Below, piece by piece: positions 28,465-40,769 of a DNA stretch of 64,000 nucleotides. Position numbers and translations under genes: made by a program. Numbering within the stretch: the stretch's first letter is position 1; every line of letters starts with the position of its first letter. This DNA comes from Eledone cirrhosa (lineage: Eukaryota): positions 71,300,001-71,364,000 of the forward strand of contig OZ024744.1 of assembly GCA_964016885.1 (NCBI GenBank), read 5' to 3'. The notes below the pieces were generated by a model. The model was given only the letters and a program-made list of their open reading frames with translations, had not been told where the DNA came from and made no database searches.

Positions 28465-29245
28465 CGCATATTTGCGCATCATCAGCCACGACGTGCCCAG
28501 TTCTTAACGCAGAGGATTTTGAAAGTAGATGGACCCTCTAACCATCTAACCACTGGAACACGTCATTTCCACAAAAAGCGTCAGAGTGGACGCTCTAGTG
28601 CAACCAGACGTGGACCGAGGAAAGGCACGACGGTCAGGCGGTAGTAGATGACGGATGCGATATAGGCGTCTATCACCTCTACCCAGCCTTGCAGGATAGT
28701 TTCTTCTTTGCCCAGTTTTGTGTAAGAGTAGCCACCCTGCTCGTTACCTCGTCCCAGCTTTTCTCCATCTGGATGTCTGGACCAAACCAGACCCCGAGCA
28801 ATTTAACCGGTCTGTCTGTCCAGCACCATACGACACTGTTGGACGGCAATGATTCGCCTCTCTAAGTGCTGAGCTGTTGGCCCACAAACTTTTCCAGGTT
28901 AATTTTCGCTCCTATTACTGCTTCGTATTCCTTCAGAGCAACGTCATTCACATCACTGTGTTTGGCACTGGAAAAGAATATGTTGACATCGTCAGCATAT
29001 TTTTTCACTGATCTCTCACATCCTAGTTCGTGCAGGATGCCCCGCAGTGTCTCTAGCTTGCGCAATAGTTGCTCAAGTGTCATCAGAACATACAATAAGG
29101 ACGAGAGGGGACAACTTTGAATAAACGAGCACATAATATTAAACCGTTCCGAGAGGTGACTGTTCAGTCTGACCATTGTACAGATGTTGCTATGAATTGC
29201 AACAATCCATCCCACGACGAAGACGATTGCCCTGAGGCCTGCTGA
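28465..29245 (-). pseudogene. Old Tx1 RT fragment related to the array family
   Basis: QSCPLSSLLYVL..KYADDV..GAKINLEKFVG, then GLVWSRHPDGEKLG and YYRLTVVP-like sequence. Confidence 0.85.
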
Positions 29246-29450
29246 CAGATACTTTCGTACAGTGAGCTGGTTGTCCTGTAGGAGTAAGAGGATTTGTTGG
29301 AACCAGGGTTGACTCGCTCCTCAGAGACTTTGGACTGGTGATAAAAGAAAGGAAACACCTTTCGATGGTATTATCGGAGGCAGCTGAGAAAGCAAGTTAC
29401 TGAATCTGGCTCATAAGAGAAGGTGAACTAACTCATGCATCACACATTAA

Positions 29451-30330
29451 TTATTACCTCCAGGCCCCTTGTCATTCTGAGTTCAAATCGCGCCGAGGTT
29501 AACTTTGCCTTTCATCCTTACGGGGTCGATAAAATAAAGTACCAGTAATGTACTGGGTAATTGCTGGCCTTGTGCCAAAAGTAGAAACAATTATTACCTC
29601 CAGGTCAACTTTGCCTTTCATCCTTACGGGGTCGGTAAAATAAAATACCAGTAATGTACTGAGTAATTGCTGGCCTTGTGCCAAAAGTAGAAACAATTAT
29701 TACCTCCAGCGGTGGATTGGCAGTATCGGTAGAGGGTCGGACGCCATGCTTTCCAGCATAGAGTTACGGCCCTTGCCACTCTGAGTTCAAATCCCGTCAA
29801 GGTTAACTTTGCCTTTCATCTTTACGGGGTCGATAAAATAAAGTACCAGTAATGCACTGTATTAATTGTCGGCCTTGTGCCAAAAGTAGAAACAATTATT
29901 ACCTCCCTTGGATTGGCAGTATCGGTAGAGGGTCTGCCGCCATGCTTTGCAACAAAGAGTTACGACCCTTTATGGTCTGAGTTCAAATCCCGCCGAGGTT
30001 AACTTTGCCTTTCATGCTTACGGGGTCGATAAAATAAAGCACCAGTCATACAATAGGATATTTGCTGGCCTTGTGCCAAATGTTAAACAATTATTATCTC
30101 CCTTACTGATGGATTAGCAGAGTCGTTAAAGGGTTGGACAAATGCTTAGCAGTATTTATTCTGATTCTTTATATTCTGAGTTCCACCCCTACCGAGGTTA
30201 GCTTTGCCTCTTACCCTTATGGGATTGACAAAATAAACTATCAGTAACGCACAACCTTAGATTTAATCGATTTTCCCTCCCTCAAATTGTTGGCCTTATG
30301 CCTAAATGAGAAATTATTATTATCTCCCTT
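29451..30330 (+). mobile_element. Five head-to-tail copies of the tRNA-derived SINE
   Basis: Copies start near 29464, 29604, 29710, 29910 and 30105, bounded by ATTATTACCTCC or ATTATTATCTCC. Confidence 0.9.
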
Positions 30331-31443
30331 GCTTTTATACTATTATTACTTAAGGTTGCCTGTTGTTTTGTTACACTTTAGCCGAGATCGTCTATAAAAA
30401 TTTAGTGTGAAAATGTGTAATTTTTGTTTAGGACGACAAGCTGTGATTTCAAAAAAATTTAGACCGCTATGAAGATTATGTACACACACATTCACACGTA
30501 TACACACGTACACGCACGCGAACACACACACGAATAAACACAAATACGCGATAACGTACTTTCAAGGGAGATAACTTTTATCGTAAATTTTCCTCTCGAT
30601 TTCTAAATGAACCTAGATTATTTCTAATCAAGCTACACAATTGAATTAAAGTAATCGGCAGAGAACGTGAAACGGCGTTCGTTTATATTCAGTCACGCCA
30701 GAGAACGCTGACAAACACCGTCCGGGTTCGTATCATTAGTGTGAGCATATTTTGGAACTTAAGGCACTCATGTTATTCCAATAATATATATCATATATAT
30801 CTAACATTCTAATATGCATTTTAATCATAATAATGTACACACACACACACACACACATTGAAAATCGATTAAAAGAGTTTATCATTATTTCATGGATTGG
30901 CAGTATTGGTAGAGGGTCGGACGCCATGCTTTGACGTATAGAGTTACGGCCCTTGTCATTCTGAGTTCAAATCCCGCCGAGGTTAACCTTGCCTTTCATC
31001 CTTACGGGGTCGATAAAATAAAGTACCAGTAATGCATTGGGTAATTGCTGGCCTTGTGCCAAAAGTAGAAACAATTATTTCAATTTCCAGAGTAATTCGT
31101 ATTTTCTGGCATGTTTACTACATACCTACCTATTAGATATGTGTATATATCTATACACGTTTGTGCAGTCTCAGTTACGAACTTTGTATATGCGCAGGGT
31201 ATCCCCAACAAGTATACACACTTTGATTACCTGTAAAGGCAATATTTATTAGAATGCTGTTGGAGTGTATATACATTTTTTGGGGACACCATATATATAT
31301 ATATCGTTTCATTTTTTCCGTTTATCGTTTTCGGTGCACCCGGCCGATTAACCCACTCGATATGCAAATTGGGCTACTCGGCCGTTAATATGCATAAGGA
31401 AAGTATATACTTTCAGACGTTCAACAATCTGGCAGGAAGGTAT

Positions 31444-31486
31444 ACGTTGCTGACGATAGCTAATAAGCTTGAAACTAGTACAGCGT
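31444..31486 (+). ncRNA. Minimal type I hammerhead ribozyme (Penelope-type)
   Basis: ACGUUG-CUGACGA-U-AGCU aaua AGCU-U-GAAA-CUAG-UA/CAGCGU: stem I, stem II, palindromic ACUAGU stem III, GUA cleavage triplet. Confidence 0.8.
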
Positions 31487-31745
31487 TCCTTTGTCAGTGT
31501 TGAACAAACGAGCAACGATGGTTGCTAGACACTACGGCTTAATACGGGATGTTTGTTTACAAACACACCGAGCATTATAGTAAATGTTCGGTGAATCCAT
31601 ACGTACATGTATATATGTGTGCATGTATGTATATATATACATACTACTGTATGTCTGTATACATATATGTATGTACGTGTACATACTTATATTTAAGTAA
31701 CAGCCGTACTAAGAGTGGGAAATGAAATTTTGTTTCATTTTTTCC

Positions 31746-31802
<57 letters not shown>

Positions 31803-32362
31803 AATTTAGCGAGAATCGCATTTCGGCGAGTAGAAATTAGCGGAACGCAACTTCCGAATTGTGTTGGCAAGCGCTCAATGGATATGAAGATACCAGAGCT
31901 ATAAACATAAGTTTATAGCCATACGAAACTGAGACGATGGTTTAGAAGCCATTAACCACCTAAGCCAAAAAAGCGAGCAAGCTAAGCGGGTCAAACAAAA
32001 TAAGATATGATTGAAATATTTACCCGGACCTTCGGGAATGATGGTAAAACCCGATATAGGGTTTCTGCGACACCTAAATCAATAATACTGTCTGCATATA
32101 AAAAATAATAAGCTTTTGGTATAATGATCGAACAAGGATATCACTTTCTCAACAGCTATTTTGTTCTGCGTGCGCCAGGATCTCACACTGTTCGAAAGTA
32201 CATGTGAACTCCAAAGGGGAGAAAGCCCCTAGTTTTGGCAAATGAATTCAATATGTGTAGTCATTGCAAACATTTGCAAAAATAGCACAAAACGAATTAA
32301 GTTCTCGACCGAGTAGTTTTTAAAATAAACTTAAGCGATTAATCAGTCAATAGAATTAACTA

Positions 32363-32407
<45 letters not shown>

Positions 32408-33199
32408 TAAAATAACAGATTAAAGTTTAAGCAAAGAATCGCTGCTTCCACCCTTAACGGGATCTTCAGAAGATCCCGTTAAGCTTTAATCTGTTAAGCT
32501 TTAAACTTTAATCTGTTATTTTAATAAATATTTGCTCTCCGGTTCTTATATATTTGATATATATTTATCCTTATCGAGCCCTCTTTGCATTTTAGTCGTC
32601 AAATTTATTATTATTACTAGATATATATATATATATATATATTAAATTCAAAGGGTATATATATATAATTAGACATAGTCACAGATACATATATGAGTTT
32701 GGCAACCATTCACTGTGTGGCTCAATGAAGAATTAATTAAATAATTATTAATCAGAGCTATATATAAAAATGTAAGTCCAAAGAATCATTAGATAAAATA
32801 TATACAGTATTTCCTCTCCCAATCAGTATAAATTAACCACATAAAAAAAATCATTTAAACGCTAGAAAGCGCAGCCGAATACTGCCTAAAGTTTTACTCA
32901 AATACGGGAGTATATATTAAATTCAAAGGGTATATATATATATAATTATACATAGTCACATTTAAATGATTTTTTATGTGGTTAATTTATACTGATTGGG
33001 AGAGGAAATACTGTATATATTTTATCTAATGATTGATTCTTTGGACTTACATTTATATATATATATATATATATATGCAAAAGTTCTATTTAAAGTTGTT
33101 GGGATACAACAAGTAAATATTTTTATAACTGATATAAAGCAGTCGACAAGTTTTTGGAGTAGATATACGATATTAATATAGTTTCCATTTATTAATATC

Positions 33200-33253
<54 letters not shown>

Positions 33254-33291
33254 CGAGCTGAGGATCCGCTAAGGTGAAACAATTGTTCTCG
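33254..33291 (+). ncRNA. Minimal type I hammerhead ribozyme (Penelope-type)
   Basis: CGAG-CUGAGGA-U-CC gcuaa GG-U-GAAA-CAAUUG-UU/CUCG: palindromic ACAAUUGU stem III, GUU triplet, directly after (TA)n. Confidence 0.7.
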
Positions 33292-33321
33292 GTATGGTGG
33301 TGAACTAACTGTTGTGTAACC

Positions 33322-33392
<71 letters not shown>

Positions 33393-33472
33393 ACAAAGTA
33401 ATTGTGGTAAGGAACTAGATGGACCATAACGCACCAGAGTACTCAATACTTAGGGTAGTAGAGTGGGAATAG

Positions 33473-33582
33473 GAAAAAGTATGACCCCGACGGCAGAGCT
33501 CAAGCCGTTTCGACGGCTATTTCTGAGTCCAGAAACAGTCGTCGAAACGGCTTGAGCTCTGCCGTCAGGGTCATACTTTTTC
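33473..33582. repeat. Near-perfect 110-bp palindrome (53-bp arms, 4-nt loop)
   Basis: GAAAAAGTATGACCC...TTTCTG-agtc-CAGAAA...GGGTCATACTTTTTC. Confidence 0.95.
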
Positions 33583-33913
33583 ATCTATATATATCTATCA
33601 ACGCTTATCTCAATTCGTCTCTCAAATTAGTTAGATTTTTTAAAATTGGATTTTCACCCTGAAAATGGATATCAACCCGGAGTTTACCTGAACTTCCACC
33701 AGGAAATGTTTCGTATCACTGAAATTTTCTTTGCTTCTTGCATTTAAATATACCACGACTCTCTATCACTTTCCCTCTACTAGAATCTTTTGACACCACC
33801 TCCTTCTTCTCACCCGTCTATTTCCACTCCCACCCTAGTACCTTCAACAAGACCCTCTTCCTGCTATTTCAAGCGTTGGTATATTCCTTCCATATACTGT
33901 GTTGTTATTCTTG

Positions 33914-33986
<73 letters not shown>

Positions 33987-34114
33987 ATATCTATATATAT
34001 ATATTGTAATGACTTGAATGCCTAAAGTTCCGAGCCCTTTCGGCGTTTGGCAGCGTTCTCTGGAGTGACTGAATATAAAGGAACGCCGTTTCACGTTCGC
34101 CGTCGATTACTTTA

Positions 34115-34219
<105 letters not shown>

Positions 34220-34784
34220 CGTGCGTGTGTGCGTATCTGCAGCTGTCCACTGCTGATATTGATATACCAGACGCTAGAATGATTTCGATTCTGCAAGAAA
34301 TCCGAGATAGCCAGCGTTCCCGTGACCTATATATTATATTAACAGTAGCTGTTGGTATATCAATCACGAGAACGCTGACAATTTTGTAGGAAAGTTTAGA
34401 CGGCTAGATCAAACTAAGAAAAATTTTCATTAGATTTTAATTAAGTTTAAAAAGATCGCCGGGTATGCCTGAAGAGCGATCTTTACGTTTATGAACTGAC
34501 CGTGAAGCTAAAAGAATAAGAAGATTACAAGGGGCTCAACACAGTTTCAAGCTTGACGAAAGCAGAATCTACATACACACACACACAGCCCTATCCCCAC
34601 AAGCCCCCACAACTCCTCCTCCACACAAACATACACAACGACGGGCTTCTGCAGTTTCCATCTAGCAAATTGCACCCACAAACTGTTTGCCAGCATATAG
34701 CAAATAATTGTGAAATGAACTCAGCAAGACATTTGTCAGCCGCTCACTCAGCAAGACATTTGTCAGCCGCTCTCCAGCTATCTA

Positions 34785-35408
34785 TTTAAAGCTGTATATA
34801 TCTATGGTGCGGCCATACTTAGAATTCGCATCATCAGTCTGGAACCCCTATCTTGCTCAGCACATTGACCGCCTGGAAACTGTTCAGAGACGTGCAACCA
34901 AGCGAATACCCTCCATCAGGCATCTACCATACTCTGAACGCCTTGCTTCCCTGGGTATGGATACATTGAAGCTCCGACGTCTGGCAACTGACTTAGTAAA
35001 CACCAACAAAATTATTAACCATCTTGCCAACAACAACTCTGAGCACCTTTGTGATTTCCAAGTGTCTAACACATGTGGGCATGCCTAAAAAGTTAGAAAA
35101 CAGCACAGCTCCCATGACTTTCGGAAACATTTTTTCACGCTCAGAATTGCTGAAGCACGGAACAAACTACCTGCATCAGTTGTTAGCTGTCGAGACACTG
35201 CATCCTTTAAAACCTCCATGCGTCCTGAAATTCGCCAACAACACACCCGATATCCCCCCTCCATACACACTCACACATGTATTTCATGACTTGTACACTG
35301 TTCATTTGCCTGACATTTGTACATTATTCTACGTACTATACATGTATCTTGATGAATTGTAGTGTACCTGAGCACTGTACAGAATAATTTCATTATTATT
35401 ATTATTAT
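34785..35408 (+). mobile_element. CR1-clade LINE 3' end
   Basis: VRPYLEFASSVWNPY..LETVQRRATK..YSERL..LRRL, RKHFFTLR, (ATT)n tail. Confidence 0.88.
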
Positions 35409-36314
35409 GCCGAGGTTAACTTTGCCTTTCATCCTTACGCGGTCGATAAAATAAAGTACCAGTAATGTACTGGGTAATTGCTGGCATTGTGCCTGAAGTA
35501 GAAACAATTATTATTATGCACACAGCAATGCCTGCGTTTATATATTTATTTGTTTTCCCTTGGCGAGAAACTACTACCGGGCTATCAACCATTTCAAACG
35601 TTCTGCTACCAGCTTATAAAGAATACATTCTGAGTTAGTGGTGCCAACCGTCTCAGCAATGGCCTGCCCAATTGTGTAAAAAGCATTAGAAGTGGAAGAT
35701 AATAACATTTTCAACTAGAAAAACGAAAGGTTAGTAGAAACATATATGCTAAAGTACGTGTAAGGGAGAGAACTTTATAGGTTTAAAATGGAATATCAAA
35801 GGGAGGTAATTATAAAACTAGTTAAAGGGACATCATAAACATATTTAACAAATACATTTTACCTACTTTAACCTCGTGCTGGTCCATGACACGTGAGCGT
35901 AACTGGGTAGAGGGAAATTGGAAGCCCGTTAGATAGACTGTACTTGTAATTAAGACGGCCAGCCTTGTCCCCCACTGTGTCACACTGAATTTCTCTGAGA
36001 ATTATGTTAAGGGTACACGCGTCAATGAACAATCAGGAACGGGCTATTTATTCTGTTGATCGAACAATTAGATTACTCATCGTTGTTACCTACGGAGGTC
36101 CATTCCTCACTTTAACGTGTGGACGCAAAATGACTGCATGATTGGGAATTTCGTTTCACAAACAGAAGGCTTCTGTTTCAAGGCATCTTGGTCAAGTATC
36201 CCTTACCATACCCCCAGGCCGACCCAAGGATTGTGAGTGGGACTGAGTAGAGGGAAACTGGCAGGAAAGCTGTGGGTGGACTGTATCTGTGTCACACTGA
36301 AGATCGAATTACTG

Positions 36315-36760
36315 AAGGTACGGCATGACTATCTTCCCTCTCCGCGGTGGTAAACTGTTCACCTGGGGTGCCATTTGCAGCGACACATTCTCCAGCGGCA
36401 ACTTGGTGCAGTCTGCGACTAACCTAGGCTCTGCTGCGCTTCGGTCGCTTTCTGACAGGTTTGCGGTCGAGCCCGTAGCAGTGGAGACTTCTAATGTCCT
36501 TGAGCCTAGGGCCACCTCCCTACTCACCACCATCGACACAGAGTTGGCTACCCACATGCGTGAGTCTCGCGAGCTGGAATGGCTTTTCCAGCGCGTATCC
36601 CTCATCATCCTCCGGGAAACGCCTTCTCCATTCTGTCCACCGGGGACGCAGGGCGGCCAGCGCGTGGGCCCCCATTTGCTCATAATAGTGAGAGATGGGG
36701 AGAGCAGGAGTTACGGAGGCAGTGATATGGGAGTTTGATTCCATTGTGTTCGGACCTAGT
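36315..36760 (+). mobile_element. CRE-clade (RLE endonuclease) retrotransposon 3' fragment
   Basis: GKLFTWGAICSDTF..GSAA..PVAVETS..RELEWLFQRVSLIILR resembles the CRE C-terminal WDxTxxDT..AVETxG..QRLS..QRGN pattern. Confidence 0.7.
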
Positions 36761-37323
36761 GTATATATATACATTTATTTAACTCCGTGTTAGAACAGGA
36801 ATCGGCCTCAACATTATGAGGTACAGATATCTGTGAAATATTGAGCCACTTGGACGTTAATTTAATGAGCTGAACGTTCAGTTAAGGAAACAACTGTAAC
36901 GCTCATCTTTGAAACTGATGGAGGTTCATCTATTATTCTTTAATGTGGTTGATGATAATGAAATTTACATTGTTCAAATTCCACTAGTGTCAGGTTTGCT
37001 TTTCATTCACATCGATTGATAAATTAAACAATCAAGTATTGGTTTCAATGAAAGAGAGAGATATATAGATAAATAAATAAATAGATAGATTTCTTTATTA
37101 GCCACAAGGGCGCAACAAGAAAGGGGACAATACAAAGACATGCTGGGGATTTTACATACAGTCGTGTAAAAAATATAAAAACAAACAATTTCAACAATCG
37201 AAATCCCCAATAGGGGGGAGGCGCCACAAATGGGTTGTTTAATACCCCGTCGATAGAACAACCCTCAACTCCAGGAGCGTGTTGTGCAAGTGCTCCTTTC
37301 TTCCTTTTGCTCTCTTCCTCAAC

Positions 37324-40300
37324 CTACAGGCTTATAAACAGAGAAGGCCCAATCACTCGGGCCATTTTCGCTTCATTCACCCACCTTTCAGTAAATTTAC
37401 TGGGGTGCAGTGCCTCTCTCTCCACCCCGATTCTCCTTCTAAAGTGATACTTAAAGAAGGGAATCAATTGTTGTCCGGAGAGAAAGGCATCTGTCCTCAG
37501 TCCTCTCAAACTCGTCCACCATATAACTTCTTTCACCATAGCCACCGTACAGAGGAAAACCGCCTCTCTTTCGTTTTTGAAAGAGTCTGGCGGTTTGATC
37601 CTTACTATGGACTCGGCAGTCAACTGGATTTGTCCCATACGCGACAGCAGTTGTTCTGCATAGTTCCACAGGTCGCTTACGCCCGGGCAGTGTACAATTG
37701 CGTGCAGAACTGTTTCAATGTCCTGCGCACATCTTGGACACGTCCTCTTGGAAGGATCCCTGACAGGGCGTCCGTGCCTGTAGATCTTGTCACGAACCGG
37801 TAGAGCTCCTCGGTAGCACTGCCAGGCCAGGGACCTCTGGAAGTTGTCCATAGGTCCCGGGCGGAAAGTCCTACCAAACATACTGGTGAGCTCATCGTCT
37901 TCAACGCCCAGAGTCTCTCTGAGCACGTCGTCGCCCTTGTAACGTACAATCCCTCTATAGAATGTCGAAGTGGAGTCTCCACTGATTGCTGCGCCCGCTT
38001 GCCAGAGGACTGTGAGCGCCTAAGCGCATTCAATGTGCCAGGCGCCCATCGTTTTCGGTCTTTTCTTCACCCAGGACTGCAGCTCCGTTAGCGAGACGAG
38101 CTGTGGGAAAGCCTGTCTCACAAACGGTGCCCACAACGGTTGGGGGTCGGTGAGGAATACCTGGAGATGCCGCAGCCTCAGCGCATGTTTGCGCATCATC
38201 AGCCACGGCATTCCCAGCCCTCCGTTGGAAGGGTGCTGACAGCAGACGGATCTCCTCACCAGCGGAGCCTGCTTCTTCCACAGAAACTGGAAGAGCATGC
38301 GTTCCATCTTGGCGAGGTGTTCACGGGGACAAGGCACGACAGTCAAGCGGTAGTAGATGACGGACCCTATGAAAGTGTTCGCCACCTCCGCTCGACCTTT
38401 CAAGGACAGTTTGCACTCTGCCCACTTCTGAGTGAGTGCAAACACCTTGGCTGTGACCTCGTTCCAGTTTTTCTCCACCTGGAGGTCTGGACCGAACCAG
38501 ACCCCGAGCAATTTCACCGGTCCGTCCGTCCAGCGTCCAACGACGCTGTCGGATGTCATCGGTTTGCCTCTCCGCGTAGCGAGTTGCAAACCGACAGACT
38601 TGTCTGGGTTTAGTTTTGCTCCCGTCAGCGTTTCGTATTCTTTCAGTAAGTTGCCGATCACCCCGATTTCCGAGGTGCTCGATACCATTACCGTTACGTC
38701 GTCGGAATAAGCCGACGCCGCTTTGCGCAGTCCCGGTTCTAGGGGGATGCCCTGCAACAGCTCCAATTTCCGCAGTAGTGGCTCTAGAGTCAATACATAC
38801 AGAATGGAGGAGAGAGGGCATCCCTGTCGAATGGAACGCGTGATTGCGAACAGCTCCGATAGGTAGCCGTTCACCTTGACCCACGAGCAGATGCTGGTGT
38901 GCATCGCCTCGATCCATCTTCTGAACACGGGACCGAAACCGGCCGCCTTGAGAACCGCTTCCAAGTATCGATGGTCGACCCTATCGAATGCCTTAGACTG
39001 ATCCAAGTTGATCAGAGCCCCACCGAAGCCGGGTTTACTACCCACCCTCTCTATGATGTATCGCATGAGGTGGAGGTTGTCGTCTATGGACCTGGTCGGG
39101 ATTGCACACGTTTGCGCTTTCCCTACCAGGTTCTCGACGACAAGCGCCAGCCTCGTCGCTAGCACCTTGGCCAAAATCTTTAACTCTGTGTTGAGCAGAG
39201 TTATGGGCCTAAAGTTGCTTAGTTCTTCCTCCTTGTTCTCGTCTTTCCTGATCAGCGTTACTACGCCCTTGCCTGCAGAACTGGGAATTCTCCCGTTCTG
39301 CTGCCAATTGCAGTAGACGGCTTCGAGGACGCCAGAGAACAAGTCCGGCATGCCTATGTAAAATTCGTAGGTTAGACCATCTAGACCGGGTGACTTGCGT
39401 TCCCGCAGCGGCCCAGAGCGTCCCGTATCTCAGTGTCCGTGATCGGTCTTTCGCAGAACTCGGCGTCCATGTTCGAGAGACGCGGCAGGCCGTCGAGGTA
39501 TGAACTAAAGTCAATTGCCCCGTTCGGCTCACCGTCGTTCTGCTCAAACAGTCGCGCAAAGTGCTGCTGAAAGGCCGCGCACATTTGCTTGGGGTCAAGT
39601 AGCACGCGTCCGTTTTGGTCTTTCAAAGACCGAATCGTGGACTTGTTGCCACTTTTTGCCTCCGCCACTCGGGCCCAGCTGACAGCTTTCGCCCCTTCGT
39701 TTCCTAGAGCACGTGTTTTGCTTCTGACCACGCAGCCTTCGTGTTTCGCATCGAAGAACTGGTCCAGTGTCGTTCTCGACGCTAACACTCTAGCCGCGTT
39801 GCCACTTCTAAGTGCCTCCTCTACCTTGGCTACTAGTTCTCTTTCTATTCTGTTTTCCTCTAAGGCTAACTCTCTGCTATACCCTATGGGTTCTATTCTA
39901 ATTGCTTTCTTGAGAGAGTACCACCATCTATTGTTGACGCTGGCTCCCGTTAACTGTTGTTTGACTAGTCTACTTATCCGTTCACTGTAAGCTTTACGTG
40001 CCGGCAACGACACGTTCAGCTTCCAGTATCCGGGACCCTGTCTATGTATTCTATCACGGTTGACTAAGCAGACGACTAACTTGTGATCTGAATAGGCAAC
40101 CATGTGCATTCGTGGACAGCTTAACATCTCCTTGTCCCTTTCTCTAATGAAGAACCTATCTAAATACGATCTAGATGTCCCACTGCGGTTTGCCCACGTC
40201 CACTGTGGTGCAGTCGGGAAATCCAGTCGATACCTATCGGCCAGTTGGAATTGGCCGATTAAAGTTTTGAGGCTGTTGCACCCCGCTCTACTGGGACATG

Positions 40301-40769
40301 CTCCCACATAGTCCCATCGTGCATCTAGGATACCATTCTAGTCCCCCACTAAAAGTAAGGAGCGAGACGTTCCCAGAAAAGACTCTAGACGCTTAAAGAA
40401 GTCTGGCCGTGATTGCGATTGCCCGGTCGGGGCATAAACGGCCACCAGTCTGAAGGCTCCACCTCCGATACTGTTCACGTCTAGGACTACCAGTCTACCC
40501 TCCGGGTCCAAGTCTACTTGCTGTACTCCGACGTCCAGGTTCTTCCGAAACATAACAGCCACTCCACCTCCACCTCCTGTCTGACAGAGAGATGCGTAGA
40601 TCTCAAAGTCGTCGAAGATGGGGGTTAGTTGCTGCCTGTTGTGGATCCTGCACTCGGTGATGGCTATCACATCCATACTATGTGACCTAAGGTCGTTTAA
40701 AAGTTGGCCCTGTTTCCAGGGCATCCCTAGGCCACGCACATTCACGGTTCCAACTCGTAAACCAGCCAT
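37324..40769 (-). pseudogene. ORF2 of copy A: APE endonuclease + reverse transcriptase + zf-RVT (stop at 40338, frameshifts near 39380 and 38020)
   Basis: GTVNVRGL, LLLVGD*N, SYLDRF, SDHK (APE); NFRPITLLN, LDQSKAFDRV, IRQGCPLS, YSDD (RT); CPRC..ETVLHAIVHC. Confidence 0.95.

Noticed and set aside
29710-29800. tRNA gene
   Set aside because: A/B boxes belong to a SINE head; no cloverleaf and it continues into the SINE body.
31880-31945. Hammerhead-like UGAAGA...hairpin...GAAAC
   Set aside because: Lacks the core C and has no convincing stem I or cleavage triplet.
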